Positions 28,564-41,552 are shown, numbered from the stretch's first letter. The stretch: DNA of 51,454 nt from Candidatus Pelearchaeum maunauluense (GCA_030059675.1 JANVYQ010000011.1:1-51454), one strand, 5' to 3'. The notes: generated by a model from the sequence alone, not told the origin. Numbers and translations are program-made.

Positions 28564-30090
28564 ATGGCAGACGACGCTGAGAAGCTCATACTAGAGGCCG
28601 TCTCAATAACCAAGAGGTTTGGGAATGTAGTAGCCAACGATAAGGTTGATTTCAGGCTTAGGCGCGGTGAGATTCACGCCCTCTTGGGCGAGAACGGCGC
28701 TGGGAAGACCACGCTATGTAGTATATTGTATGGCATGTTAAAGCCCGATGAAGGCTGTATCAAGGTGGATGGGAGGGAAGTATCGTTCCGCTCACCGCGC
28801 GACGCGATGGCAGCTGGTATAGGAATGGTCCATCAAGAATTCATGCTAGTCCCCAACATGATGGTGGCTGAGAACATCGCATTAATGTTGGATAGCGGGA
28901 ATAAATTCCTAGTAGACCTGGATGCTGTTGAGGAGAGGATTAACAGCGTGGCTAGGCAGTATGGGCTTAGCGTAAAGCCGCGCGCCCTAGTTTCACACCT
29001 CTCGGCAGGGGAGAAACAGCGGGTTGAGATACTAAAAGCCCTACTACGGGGGGCTGACGTGCTAATACTTGACGAGCCCACCTCCGTTTTAACACGAATA
29101 GAGACACGCGAGCTATTCAACTCACTGCGCCAAATGGCGAGTCAGGGCAAGTCAATAATCTTCGTAACGCATAAGATTGATGAGGCCATGGCGCTGGCTG
29201 ACAGGGTTACGGTGCTTAGACAGGGTAAAGTTGTCGCCACAGTTGATACAAGCTCGGTTGATAGGCAGCAGCTTGCTAGGCTAATCGTGGGGCGTGAGGT
29301 CTTGCTCAACGTTTCCAGAACGCATACACAGGTTGGTGATGTGTTGCTTGATGTGCGCGATGTTACCGCTATGGGTGACCTGGGCGTCCCTGCTCTCAAG
29401 AATGTCTCGCTCCAGGTTAGGGCTGGAGAGATACTGGGCATAGCTGGTGTTGCTGGTAATGGTCAGCGCGAGCTCGTGGAGGTAATCACAGGTCTCCGCC
29501 GCGTTGTTTCGGGAAAAATAATAATCGCTGGCAAGGATGTGACAAACCTAGACCCAAATAAGATAAGAAGCCTAGGAGTAGCGCATATACCAGAGGAGCA
29601 GAAGACTGGCCTAATTTTTGACTTCACCCTCTCTGACAACCTCGCCATGCTGCCTCACTTGGCTGAGCGTTTCAAGAAGGGCATACTGCTTGATGGGCGG
29701 CTAGTTAGGAGTAAGATGAACGACCTCATGCGTATGTATGAGATTAAGGCCAGCTCGCCTGATGTTAAGGCCTGGACACTCTCAGGCGGAAATAAGCAGA
29801 AAGCAATCTTGGCGCGCGAGCTTTGGTGGGGGCCTAAGCTGATAATAGCCAATAACCCCACTAAGGGGCTAGACCTGGCGGCTACGGACTATGTACGTAA
29901 TGTTCTGCTGAGCGCGAAGAAGGAGGGTAAGGGAATACTTCTCATATCAAGCGAGTTGGATGAGGTTCTTGATATGAGCGATAGGATAGCCGTGATGCAC
30001 GACGGGCGCGTGGTGGGCGTGTTTGACCACAGCCAGATAGACTTGGACGCGATAGCGAGCCTAATGCTATCTGGAAAGAGGGCAGCCTAG
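28564..30090 (+). CDS. Nucleoside/sugar ABC transporter ATP-binding protein (two NBDs)
   Basis: GENGAGKTT, ILDEPT and LSGGNKQK motifs. Confidence 0.93.
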   Translation: MADDAEKLILEAVSITKRFGNVVANDKVDFRLRRGEIHALLGENGAGKTTLCSILYGMLKPDEGCIKVDGREVSFRSPRDAMAAGIGMVHQEFMLVPNMMVAENIALMLDSGNKFLVDLDAVEERINSVARQYGLSVKPRALVSHLSAGEKQRVEILKALLRGADVLILDEPTSVLTRIETRELFNSLRQMASQGKSIIFVTHKIDEAMALADRVTVLRQGKVVATVDTSSVDRQQLARLIVGREVLLNVSRTHTQVGDVLLDVRDVTAMGDLGVPALKNVSLQVRAGEILGIAGVAGNGQRELVEVITGLRRVVSGKIIIAGKDVTNLDPNKIRSLGVAHIPEEQKTGLIFDFTLSDNLAMLPHLAERFKKGILLDGRLVRSKMNDLMRMYEIKASSPDVKAWTLSGGNKQKAILARELWWGPKLIIANNPTKGLDLAATDYVRNVLLSAKKEGKGILLISSELDEVLDMSDRIAVMHDGRVVGVFDHSQIDLDAIASLMLSGKRAA

Positions 30091-31028
30091 CCAGCGCGCC
30101 TATAAGGCTGCAACAACGCGGCAGGCGCTTGAGCCTTCCTCCCAAATATCGGTATGAGCGCGATAACCGTTATCCAGGGTAGCATGTTGAGGAAGTAGTA
30201 CTTAATCCCAACGCCTACTGATTGCAGGCCAAGCTGGAGCGAGTCCACGTAGTTGAAGATTAGTATGGGTATGAGCGCTCTATAGGGGTTCCAGTTGCCG
30301 AAGTATATCATGGCCAGCGCTATGAATCCTCTCCCGAATGTTATGTTCAGAACGTAGCTGCTGAGGAATGCTGTAGTGAAGTAGGCTCCTCCAAGCCCAG
30401 CGAGCATGGAGCCTATCAGCACCGCTATCATCCTTGTTCTATAGACGTTTATGCCCATGGAGTCGGCTGCCCTAGGGTTCTCGCCAACCGCGCGTATTCT
30501 CATGCCTAGGTTTGTCCTCTTGAGGAAGAGCGCCACCGCGGGAACGAGGAGGAGCGATAGATAGACCAGGGGGTTATGGTTGAAGAGTATAGGCCCTATT
30601 ATGGGTATGTCGCTCAGAACTGGAATGGGCATCACACCTATTGTATTGACTGTGGGCGACGCAACCTCTCTGAAGAAGATTCGGTATAGAACGTCTGAGA
30701 GCCCGAAGCCCGCGAGCCATATTCCTAAGCCGACGACTACTTGGTTCACGCCGCCGTATACTGTTAGTACTCCGAAGACCATGCCTATGAGCATTCCGAC
30801 CAGCATGGCGCTTAGCGCGCCCATCCAGGGGTTTCCCGTGATGAAGGATACTACGAAGGCCGTGAAGGCGCCTAGTAGCATGATGCCCTCCACACCTAGG
30901 TTGAGGACGCCGCTCTTCTCAGTTATCAGCTCCCCCATACTAGCTATGAGTATGGTCGGCGCTATCCTCATCGTGATAGCTAGAGACGCTATGAAGAAAT
31001 CCAACGTCAAGACCTCGTGAATGGCCAT
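30087..31028 (-). CDS. Nucleoside ABC transporter permease
   Basis: EKSGVLNLGVEG, RAVGENP and GRGFIALA motifs. Confidence 0.92.
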   Translation of the reverse strand: MAIHEVLTLDFFIASLAITMRIAPTILIASMGELITEKSGVLNLGVEGIMLLGAFTAFVVSFITGNPWMGALSAMLVGMLIGMVFGVLTVYGGVNQVVVGLGIWLAGFGLSDVLYRIFFREVASPTVNTIGVMPIPVLSDIPIIGPILFNHNPLVYLSLLLVPAVALFLKRTNLGMRIRAVGENPRAADSMGINVYRTRMIAVLIGSMLAGLGGAYFTTAFLSSYVLNITFGRGFIALAMIYFGNWNPYRALIPILIFNYVDSLQLGLQSVGVGIKYYFLNMLPWITVIALIPIFGRKAQAPAALLQPYRRAG

Positions 31029-32068
31029 GAGATTACACGCTCCCTTCTAACCAGGTACTGCGATATTGTGAGGCTTACGAGCATTATCCCGATTATTGCG
31101 TAGACGAGTGGGAATGGGACTTGGACGGCTCGTTGCATTGCTTGCGCGCCTATCATTATGTAGCTGAAGAAGAATGAGGAGAAGAGTATCCCTATGGGGT
31201 GCGCAGCCCCCAGCATCGCCACAACTATAGCGATATACCCGAAGCCCGTCTCCGCATAGCCAGCGTCCATCCTATATAGAACCCCCATGACGTGAAGCCC
31301 TCCAGCAAGGCCTGCCAGCGCGCCCGCTATGAGGAGTGAGAGTACGGTTATCTTCGGTATGCTTATTCCAGCATAGCGCGCGGCCTCTGGGTTTTTGCCC
31401 ACAGCCTTCACCGCTAGGCCGAAGTGCGTCCTCTCGGCCAAGATATACATAACCACCACAAGCGCAAGCGCTATGAAGACCGCGACGCTCAAGCGTGTTT
31501 CTGGTATTAGTAGTGGAAGCCTAAGCTCAGGCGGTATTACGTCGCTTATCAAATAGCCCGCGGAGAACCTGCCCCTGATGGGGCCGTCAAGCGCCCAGAA
31601 GAGCATCCCGACAGCAACCAGGTTGAGCAGTAGCGTTACTACTATCTCGTTGCTGCCGAACTTGGCCTTGAGTATGGCTGGAACCGCCACCCAGGCGACG
31701 CCGCCGAGAGCAGCTGACAAGAGCATGAGCACAATCATTATGGGCGGGGGTATTCCGTAGCCGCCCAAGGCCTTCCAGCCAATCATGCTCATAATGCTGC
31801 CGATTAGAAACTGTCCCTCCCCACCAACATTCCACAGGTTAGCACGCAGCGCGAAGCCTATGCCCAGCGAGATTATGAGCAGCGCGGTGAACCAGACGAA
31901 TATCTCCCCTATGTTGTAAGCGTCTGAGAATGGATAAAAAATTAGGATGTTTAGGGCGAAGCCCACGTCAGCCCCAGTCGCGGCGACCACAACAAGCCCC
32001 GCGGCTAGCCCTATGAGGGCCGCGAGGACGTTGAAGACCGTTAGCCGCAGTATGCGCTGGGGCTGCAT
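31007..32068 (-). CDS. Nucleoside ABC transporter permease
   Basis: WNVGGEGQ, NEIVVTLLLN and NPEAARYAGI motifs. Confidence 0.92.
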   Translation of the reverse strand: MQPQRILRLTVFNVLAALIGLAAGLVVVAATGADVGFALNILIFYPFSDAYNIGEIFVWFTALLIISLGIGFALRANLWNVGGEGQFLIGSIMSMIGWKALGGYGIPPPIMIVLMLLSAALGGVAWVAVPAILKAKFGSNEIVVTLLLNLVAVGMLFWALDGPIRGRFSAGYLISDVIPPELRLPLLIPETRLSVAVFIALALVVVMYILAERTHFGLAVKAVGKNPEAARYAGISIPKITVLSLLIAGALAGLAGGLHVMGVLYRMDAGYAETGFGYIAIVVAMLGAAHPIGILFSSFFFSYIMIGAQAMQRAVQVPFPLVYAIIGIMLVSLTISQYLVRRERVISWPFTRS

Positions 32069-32080
32069 CGGCTCGCCTTC

Positions 32081-33310
32081 TTACAGACCCTCTATCCTAG
32101 CAGCGGTAGGCTTACACTTGTCCTGGTCTGGGTTGTCAAAGCAGCTGTAGTCAAAGGTTATCTTGACCGCCCCCTGTAGTATCTTATTGTATAGGTCCAG
32201 AATCTCCTGCCTAACGTCTTCTGGAATGTTCTTGCCTAGGCTTATCGTTACTATGCCCGCCGCCATCGTGGCTGTCAGGAGACCGTTCTTCCACGTTCCG
32301 CGTACATAGTCCATGAACGCGGCTGCGAGCGGTATATCCCATCGGAATACTATGGAGCCCATCAGCTTCTCTATCTCAGGCCTTATCTTCGGCAGGTCTG
32401 CATATACCGTAGAGGTCCAGAAGCCTTTCTCCAGCGATGCCTCCACTACGCCTACATCTATCCCGTCGCCGCTACTTGCTATGACGTCGGCGCCTTCTGC
32501 GAACATGGTCTCTGCCGCTTTCTTGGCTCCCGCCACGTCTGCCCATGAGAGCGCCATATAGGCCTCTCTAACCTCCGCATCTGGGTTGGCTAGCTTCACG
32601 CCCGCCTTGAACGCTTCATGCCCCTCCCAGATGGAAGGAACACGGCCACCGCCCACTATGCCGACCAGATTACTCTTAGTGAGCTTCCCAGCTATGTAGC
32701 CCATCAGGAAACCGCCCTCGCCGAGGGTCATCCAGATATTATAGACGTTCTCGGCAACCTGGGCACCTGGCTCAAACACACCAACCAGCGCTGGGTGGCA
32801 GTCAACGCAGATGAACATCGTATCAGGGAACTGGGGCGCAATCTTGTGGAACATCACCATATACTGTATCCCCTGGCCTATGATTATGTTATAGCCCCGC
32901 TTCGCATAGTCAACCGCATAGGGCTCCGCCTTAGTTCCGTCAAACAGGTTCCTCTCTACGGCTAGCTCAAAGCCGAGCTGCTCCTGCAGCCTCTTAACAG
33001 CATCGAATGCCGCTCGGTTCCACGAGTTGTCCTTCTCGTCTATCGGGAGTATTAGCAAGACCTTGAGTTCTGAGAATGGGGTCTTCCCAGCTACTGTCTT
33101 TGTCTCGGTAACCGTAACCGTGGCTCCCGCCGTCTGGGTTACTGTTGATACTACCGTCTCCGTGACTACCTGGGCTGGCCTGGCCCAGCCCCACGCAGCT
33201 ATGCCTGCGAAAATTATCACAAGCGCCACTAGAACGGCCGTAGCCTGCGTTATTCCCGTAGCGTTTCTCCTATTCCGCAACATGATTCCTAATCCCTCGT
33301 CATTTGACAA
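32081..33310 (-). CDS. BMP/PnrA family nucleoside-binding protein
   Basis: N-terminal TM, Thr-rich linker, DNSWN, GYIAGKLTKSN and GADVI motifs. Confidence 0.9.
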   Translation of the reverse strand: MSNDEGLGIMLRNRRNATGITQATAVLVALVIIFAGIAAWGWARPAQVVTETVVSTVTQTAGATVTVTETKTVAGKTPFSELKVLLILPIDEKDNSWNRAAFDAVKRLQEQLGFELAVERNLFDGTKAEPYAVDYAKRGYNIIIGQGIQYMVMFHKIAPQFPDTMFICVDCHPALVGVFEPGAQVAENVYNIWMTLGEGGFLMGYIAGKLTKSNLVGIVGGGRVPSIWEGHEAFKAGVKLANPDAEVREAYMALSWADVAGAKKAAETMFAEGADVIASSGDGIDVGVVEASLEKGFWTSTVYADLPKIRPEIEKLMGSIVFRWDIPLAAAFMDYVRGTWKNGLLTATMAAGIVTISLGKNIPEDVRQEILDLYNKILQGAVKITFDYSCFDNPDQDKCKPTAARIEGL

Positions 33311-33401
33311 AAAGCATTTACTTAAAACGCTTTCGGGGAATTTCCGTAAGTCTTTTCTTGTTATGGTGGCTGGGTTAATGTTGTATGTGAGTGAGAGGAA
33401 G

Positions 33402-33560
33402 ATGGATAGGACTATTATTAGTGTGAGGAACGACGGGCCTATGTCGCGTATTCGTGTAGACGTGGGTTATTCTCCTTCTCATAACATCACACACTTAAAC
33501 TCCCATAAGTGGAGAGAATTAAGCGTATGATGTGTTTGGCCTATCTTAATTTAATTGTTT
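33402..33560 (+). pseudogene. Possible TOBE-domain remnant
   Basis: IISVRNDGPMSRIRVDVG...IT...S..EL resembles a TOBE C-terminus; no intact gene. Confidence 0.25.
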
Positions 33561-33693
33561 TTATACTTTTTCAGGCCGCTATACTCGGCGTAGTCGCTAC
33601 ATTATCGGAATACGCTTCTAAAGGCTGGGTCTGCTATTGATAAGTCGGGTTTAACCTTAATTAGAGAGGACGGGCATAGGTGGGAGTGGTTCT

Positions 33694-34359
33694 TTGGGAA
33701 CATATTATGGCGGTAGGGTTTACGTGGTTGACCACCCCTATGCGCATATGGTTTTGACGCGGATACGCGACAGGGGGACTGGGCAGATAGAGTTTCGGAA
33801 GGGCTTGGTAAAGCTGGGTAGGCTGCTGGGCTTTGAGATTGTTAGGACGTTCAACAAGGTGGAGAAGACGGTTATAACCCCCTTGGGGAAGGAGGCGCGC
33901 GGCGTAGAGATACCCGACATAGATAACGTTATACTCATAACGGTTCTACGCGCGGCTATGCCTTTGACCGAGGGGCTTCTGAAGGTCTTCCCGAACGCTA
34001 AGCAGGGTGTGGTGAGCGCGCGGCGTGTTGAGGAGACGTATAAGGGAGGGCTGGAGTTTGAGATAGAGCTGAACTATGTCAAGATACCAGAGTTCCACGG
34101 GCACGAGGTCGTGATTGTAGCAGACCCTATGCTAGCTACAGGCTCCACGATGACTAGGATACTTGAGGAGGTGCGTAAGCGCGGTAGGCCTAAGAGGATT
34201 GTCTTCGCCACGATTATCTCCACAAAGCCAGCTATTGAGCGCCTCCTGGCTGCGGATGAGCGGGCTGAGATATTCACCGTAGCTATAGATGAGGGGCTTA
34301 ATGACAGGGGCTTCATTGTGCCTGGGCTTGGCGATGCTGGGGATAGGGCGTTCGGCTAG
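33694..34359 (+). CDS. upp: Uracil phosphoribosyltransferase
   Basis: VLRAA, DPMLATGST and IVPGLGDAGDRAFG motifs. Confidence 0.96.
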   Translation: MGTYYGGRVYVVDHPYAHMVLTRIRDRGTGQIEFRKGLVKLGRLLGFEIVRTFNKVEKTVITPLGKEARGVEIPDIDNVILITVLRAAMPLTEGLLKVFPNAKQGVVSARRVEETYKGGLEFEIELNYVKIPEFHGHEVVIVADPMLATGSTMTRILEEVRKRGRPKRIVFATIISTKPAIERLLAADERAEIFTVAIDEGLNDRGFIVPGLGDAGDRAFG

Positions 34360-34820
34360 CGTGAGGCCTCTGCCACGACGCCGCCGACGGCGCGTAGTAG
34401 CTCGCTGACCCTAATCCTGAGGAGCGTGTCCTCCGAGCCGCCTGATGCGAAGACCTCCTCAAAACGTAGAACCGACTTATCCACGAATGTCCTTACCTGC
34501 TCCGCGTGGCCGAAGGGTGGGACGCCTCCAACGGGGTAGCCTAGACGCGCAAGCACCTCGTCAGGCTTTGCCAGGCTGAGCTTCTCCCCAACTATTGCTG
34601 AAGCCTTGGCCAAATCAACGCGCTTATCCCCAGAGAGGATGAAGATGTAGAGCCCTTGCTCCCCCTTGAGCACTATGCTCTTCGCTATCTGGGCGACGTC
34701 GCATCCAACAGCCTGAGCTGCCGAGGCTGAGGTCTTGGCTGCGCTGGGGCTTAACGTGATTATCTCCCCAGAAACGCCCCGCTCTCTCATGAACCCAGCT
34801 ACCTGCTCTGGACCGCGCAA
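34356..34820 (-). CDS. YbaK/EbsC aminoacyl-tRNA editing domain protein
   Basis: AQIAKSIV and GYPVGGVPPFGH motifs. Confidence 0.9.
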   Translation of the reverse strand: MRGPEQVAGFMRERGVSGEIITLSPSAAKTSASAAQAVGCDVAQIAKSIVLKGEQGLYIFILSGDKRVDLAKASAIVGEKLSLAKPDEVLARLGYPVGGVPPFGHAEQVRTFVDKSVLRFEEVFASGGSEDTLLRIRVSELLRAVGGVVAEASR

Positions 34821-34878
34821 GGCTGGGAAACGTTGTCTATTGTTGAATTAAGGTTTTAGGCGTTGGAGGCCTTGATGG

Positions 34879-36021
34879 ATGGTGCTTATGGAGTTCTTCG
34901 CCACGACTGTGGCTGGGCTTGAAGACATAGCTGCGCGGGAGGTGGAGGAGCTTACGGGTGTTAAGGCCTGTCCAGACGTGGGTAAGGTGCTCTTCAGCTC
35001 AGGCATACGCGAGGCAGCCACACTAAACTACGCGGCAAAAACGCTGCACAAGATATTCCTACTCCTAAAGCGATGCGAGGTGGAGACGCTGGATGATATT
35101 GAGCGCGCCGCCCGCGAGGTGGATTATAGCCAGCTCATAAGCCCAGAACAGTCTTTTGCCGTACGCGCAGAGAGGCACGGAGAGCATCCATTCATAAGCC
35201 CGCAGATAGCAGCGAGAGTAGGCCACGCTGTCATAGAATCGTACAAGGCGTCAAGGGGTGTTAGGCTGCGGGTAAACCTGAACGAGCCAGATGCGGAGAT
35301 ATACGCGCTTGTTCGCGGCAGGGAACTCTTCCTGGGGCTTAATACTACTGGTAGCTCGCTCCACCGCCGCTATTATCGCGCATGGCATCACCGCGCGGCA
35401 ATACTCCCCACCATAGCGAGCGCGATGATAGAGTTGAGCGGCTGGCGTAGGGAGCAGGTGTTCTTAGACCCATTCTGCGGTGGTGCCACAATTCCGATAG
35501 AAGCTGCTCTAAGAGCGCTTAGAATAGCGCCAGGCCTGAGAACCGAGCAAACGATGAAGAGGCTCATAATATTCGACGAACATCTACTTATGGAGATAGC
35601 TCAAAAACTGGCGCAGAATGAAGAAAAACCAGGCGAGGCTGTCCTCTCAATATATGCTGCTGACGCCTCATCCAAGGCTCTTGAGGGCGCTGACACCAAC
35701 ATTAGGAGGGCTGGGCTGGAGGGTGTGATTAAAGTAAGGCTGGGAGACGCCAGATACATAAGCAAATGGCTTGATACCCAGCCTGATGTGGTGGTCACGA
35801 ACCCGCCCTTCGGTGTGCGCCTAGGTCTGAGCAACCCAGAGCTATTCTATGTAGAGACGTTCAAGGCGCTTGCTGGGATTAGAGTATCCAAGATAACATT
35901 GCTGACCAACAAGCTTACAGTGATTAGGCGTAGCCTGGAGTCGGCTGGATGGAGCATAGTTAATCAGAGAAATATAATCTATGGAACGCTTACAGCAGCC
36001 ATATTCACGGCTGAGAGGTGA
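34879..36021 (+). CDS. trm14: tRNA m2G6 methyltransferase (THUMP + methyltransferase)
   Basis: GLEDIAAREV, SLHRRYYR, LDPFCGGATIPIEAA and VTNPPFG motifs. Confidence 0.88.
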   Translation: MVLMEFFATTVAGLEDIAAREVEELTGVKACPDVGKVLFSSGIREAATLNYAAKTLHKIFLLLKRCEVETLDDIERAAREVDYSQLISPEQSFAVRAERHGEHPFISPQIAARVGHAVIESYKASRGVRLRVNLNEPDAEIYALVRGRELFLGLNTTGSSLHRRYYRAWHHRAAILPTIASAMIELSGWRREQVFLDPFCGGATIPIEAALRALRIAPGLRTEQTMKRLIIFDEHLLMEIAQKLAQNEEKPGEAVLSIYAADASSKALEGADTNIRRAGLEGVIKVRLGDARYISKWLDTQPDVVVTNPPFGVRLGLSNPELFYVETFKALAGIRVSKITLLTNKLTVIRRSLESAGWSIVNQRNIIYGTLTAAIFTAER

Positions 36022-36068
36022 GTCTAGGAATAGTAGTATAAGGGGAAAAATTTGTTTAGGGGGGTTGT

Positions 36069-36860
36069 TTAGCTGCGGTTGCTCCTATACTCGGAGAATA
36101 CCCGCGACTTGAGTGATTCCAGCGTTAACTCAGTCCAGAAAAGCCCCTCACGCCCCGTTATGTGTAGGCAGCTATCGCTGTTAATCTTGCCCGTAGAGTC
36201 TGAAAGTATTACAACAGCCCTCCCCTCATTCTTGATTAGCAGGAAATTAACTGGGACAGCGGTTAGCGAGATATCACAGGTGGTTACAAGCTCCTGCGTC
36301 TTCTCCTCAATTTCCTCAACGTAGGGTAGTATTACCTCCACCTGCTCAAGCCTATTAAGCGTGCCTGACTCTTCCGCCTCTTTAAGCACCAGTTTGGCCA
36401 CATCAGTATTAGGAGCTGCCATCTTCAGCTCCTTCTGCGCCGATTTGGCCACATCCAAGCTCATTCTATACCCTATACTCAGCCCAGTCTCCACCTGCGC
36501 GTTCCTAATCTCACCCAGAAGCATAAGCGAAGCTAGGGGGAGAACATCTACGTTATGCATGTTGAGATACTCGCTCAGACGCGCGAGCGATTCTATAGAG
36601 TCTACATACTTCACCAATATGAAGCCCACTTCAGTGAGCTTGAGACGCGAAGGCCCAAGCCTACAGACTAGCCCAGCCTTCTCAAGACGAATAACATGGC
36701 GGGAAATCTCCTGTATTGAGACCCCGCATATATCAGCTAGCTCGCGGAGCCTTATTCCTCTATTCGCGGCGCTACTTTCAAGAATCAGCGGAGAAGCCTC
36801 CTACGCAGAGGCATACTAACAGAAGATAGTAAACCTTATAGCCTTATTCTCAACATTATC
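36069..36860 (-). pseudogene. Winged-helix regulator (DUF1724-like), 5' part frameshifted
   Basis: The frame of ORF 36069-36629 extends upstream to RLRELADICGVSIQEISRHVIRLEKAGLV...KLTEVG, then breaks near 36790. Confidence 0.55.
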
Positions 36861-37086
36861 AGAATCATGCTCCTCCGCTACAAACTGCCGCTCCCGCGTA
36901 TTCGATTTTGTAGCGTAAGTTATGCCAGTGGATTAAATGATAAATGCGAGAGATAATTAAGTATTTCCCGCATTACTACAGAGATAATTGCGGAATATAT
37001 AAGACAAAAACTCATCAAATCATTCAAAAACTTCAAACTTGATCCAATTTTGCAGTTGAAAAACCACAACTGCGTATATATTTTGA

Positions 37087-37356
37087 ATGATTAACATACT
37101 CTTTCGTTGGTATCAAATAAACGTTGTTCAAAAAGCGGGCGCGATGCTTGTTATCGCTGTAGAATTGACAGAATACGCTGGACTTAGACGGCTAGAACTC
37201 GGCTGCCCTGATAAACCCCTATTTTCATTTGAAGCTGAGATGGGCGACTTAGTGGAGTCAGAGTTTATGAACGGTGGTCTCGTGCTGAAATTTAAAAAGG
37301 GTATGGTGATGGTAGACCTACGGCTTGATGAGCTGTGCGACCTAGTGGAAGACTAA
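37087..37356 (+). CDS. Small hypothetical protein (start probably 37144)
   Basis: Short ORF ending KKGMVMVDLRLDEL. Confidence 0.5.
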   Translation: MINILFRWYQINVVQKAGAMLVIAVELTEYAGLRRLELGCPDKPLFSFEAEMGDLVESEFMNGGLVLKFKKGMVMVDLRLDELCDLVED

Positions 37357-38284
37357 GAAGCGTCTATAGGGAGTTTTCCCAGCAGGAATGGCTTTATCAC
37401 GGCATCCCAGGGTGTAAGTATCATGTTAGTATTCTCAACAAAGAGGCATCCTGCTGGACTTCTATAAATCTCCCTCCATGTCTCCGAAACATCCATACCT
37501 ATCTCAGCTACACCAGCCTCAACCATGGGTAGCTCCTCTACAGGCATGGAGAAGAACTTCTCAGGCGAGTCGCGCATGGCTGCCAGGCTCTCGCTACTAA
37601 ACGTATATTGTATAACCCCCATATCATTTATTACCCGCTTCTCGCCGCCATCCTCGAATATAACGCGCCTAACTCCCCGTGTGAGCATTAGGTCAATAAC
37701 ATCCAGCAGCGTAGAGTCCCTAGAGACCTGAATAACCGCCCTAGAAGCCACCTCGCCAGTCTTTACGCCTGTATCAATAAGCTGCGAGTACGCGTACCTA
37801 ACTATATCGCGTAGAGAAATTATGCCGACGAGGGAATCCTCCTGAAGTAGGCACACATTCCCGAACTTTGTATAGAACATATAGTTGAGTATGTTGCTTA
37901 CCGTTAGGTCGTAGAGCGGGAGAGCCACATCGCGGCGTAAAACCAAGCCAGGGCTATTCTTGGGAGTGCAGCGCAGAAGCGACGCCACGCCCTCCTGTCT
38001 AATTCTCCTTAGAAACTTAATAATCTCATAAGACGTAACTACACCAGCGAAACACCTTCTCCAGCTACTGGTATGCAGTCAACGCCCTTAAACGCCATGA
38101 GCATACCAGACATTATTATAGGGTCGTTCTCTGTTATCCGCGTATTGTCAGGCCTGAAAATCCAAGGAAACAACTGCAAAATCTGTATGGGCTCCACACC
38201 AGTAGGGTGAGAATCTCTAGACAAGGCCATATCTATATTAACGGGGCCTCCAGCAGGCCGCTCCAAGGGTATGAAGTAGGTCAT
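37353..38284 (-). pseudogene. CBS-domain protein, frameshifted
   Basis: ORFs 38039-38284 and 37353-37988 join by a frameshift near 38050; LVGIISLRDI and DVIDLMLTRGVRRV are CBS motifs. Confidence 0.6.
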
Positions 38285-38521
38285 GGCTCCACTTTACGCC
38301 TAAAGAATTTTAAACATCGTTCAACGATTATTGCTAAGATTCAAGCACAGATGTTAATGTTTTCGGACAGACGCAAAACTACACAGCTAGAGACAATACT
38401 CCTTTTAAATATTCTCAAACCCCAAACCATCAAAGTGGAAAGAAAATGATGCCAAAAAACACCGAAAATAACGTTGTTTTTGTTGGGAAAATCAGGAATA
38501 ATGTGGGGTGGTGGGTGAGGT

Positions 38522-39055
38522 ATGGGTGAGTCTAATGGTGTTATATTCGAGTCTGTTATGCTAGCAGCGCTAGGCCCCTGGGACTTTGACCCATTCCATT
38601 TTGACTGGCGCATGGCTACGATACCCGTGAATTGGCAGGGAATATACATAGTCAGGGGAGTGACGTACTTGGTTAAGTTCTCCTCCATAGATTAGATGGA
38701 TAGCTCCAACTGTGATGCGGGGACTATACTTAGGCTAAGGCTGAAGAAGACTAGGCGCGCCCTCTTCCTGTTATCTCCCAGCGAGACTGCAGCGCAGCTC
38801 CGCAACGTCGTGGGGACTATGATGAAGGAGCGGCTGGGTATAGAGGAGGTTGACCTAAAGATACTCGCCCTCCTAAACTCTGGTGTTAGGGATGAAGCCA
38901 GCCTAAAGGCGGCGCTGGGCGAGGAGATAATGCAGAGGATAAACCAGATGAGGGAAGCAGGACTGCTGGACAGCTCCCTAAAGCCCACCCAAGCGCTAGC
39001 CAGGAAGCTCGCCGAAACAATAGCTGGAGAGACAGGCAGCTGGACGAAGGCCTAA
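38522..39055 (+). CDS. Hypothetical protein with C-terminal wHTH-like region; upstream 57 codons separated by an in-frame TAG (38693-38695)
   Basis: ATG 38522 is in frame with ATG 38696; C-terminal DLKILALL...MREAGLLD. Confidence 0.5.
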
Positions 39056-39131
39056 AAAGCCCTCTTCCCCCAAAATTATAAAGCCTGCGCCGCTTACGTT
39101 TATTACATCCTATTCCAGCGGAATTCGCCAA

Positions 39132-39231
39132 GGGCCCATAGCTCAGTCAGGTAGAGCGGCCGGCTCTTAACCGGCAGGTCGAGAGCCTCTGAGGCGAGGG
39201 GGCCGATAGGGTTCAAATCCCTCTGGGCCCG
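39132..39231 (+). tRNA. tRNA-Lys(CTT) with a 26-nt intron at non-canonical position 51/52 (39184-39209)
   Basis: GGGCCCA/TGGGCCC acceptor; GCCGG-CTCTTAA-CCGGC anticodon arm. Removing 39184-39209 restores GAGGG-TTCAAAT-CCCTC. Confidence 0.9.
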
Positions 39232-39308
39232 TTGTGGCCTGGGGGCTTTGGGGTGCTACCCCCTGGGCCCATAATTTACCCAAAACAGTGGCTGGGTTAG
39301 ATTTTTAA

Positions 39309-41534
<2,226 letters not shown>

Positions 41535-41552
41535 GCTGGACGGTGGCAATGC

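Noticed and set aside
563-38695. Many in-frame stops (563, 1135, 2315, 7011, 7903, 13588, 21460, 38693) as evidence of stop-codon recoding (Pyl/Sec)
   Set aside because: All three stop types occur, they are mixed with frameshifts, and core genes use TAG and TGA as true stops. Pseudogenisation is the simpler explanation.
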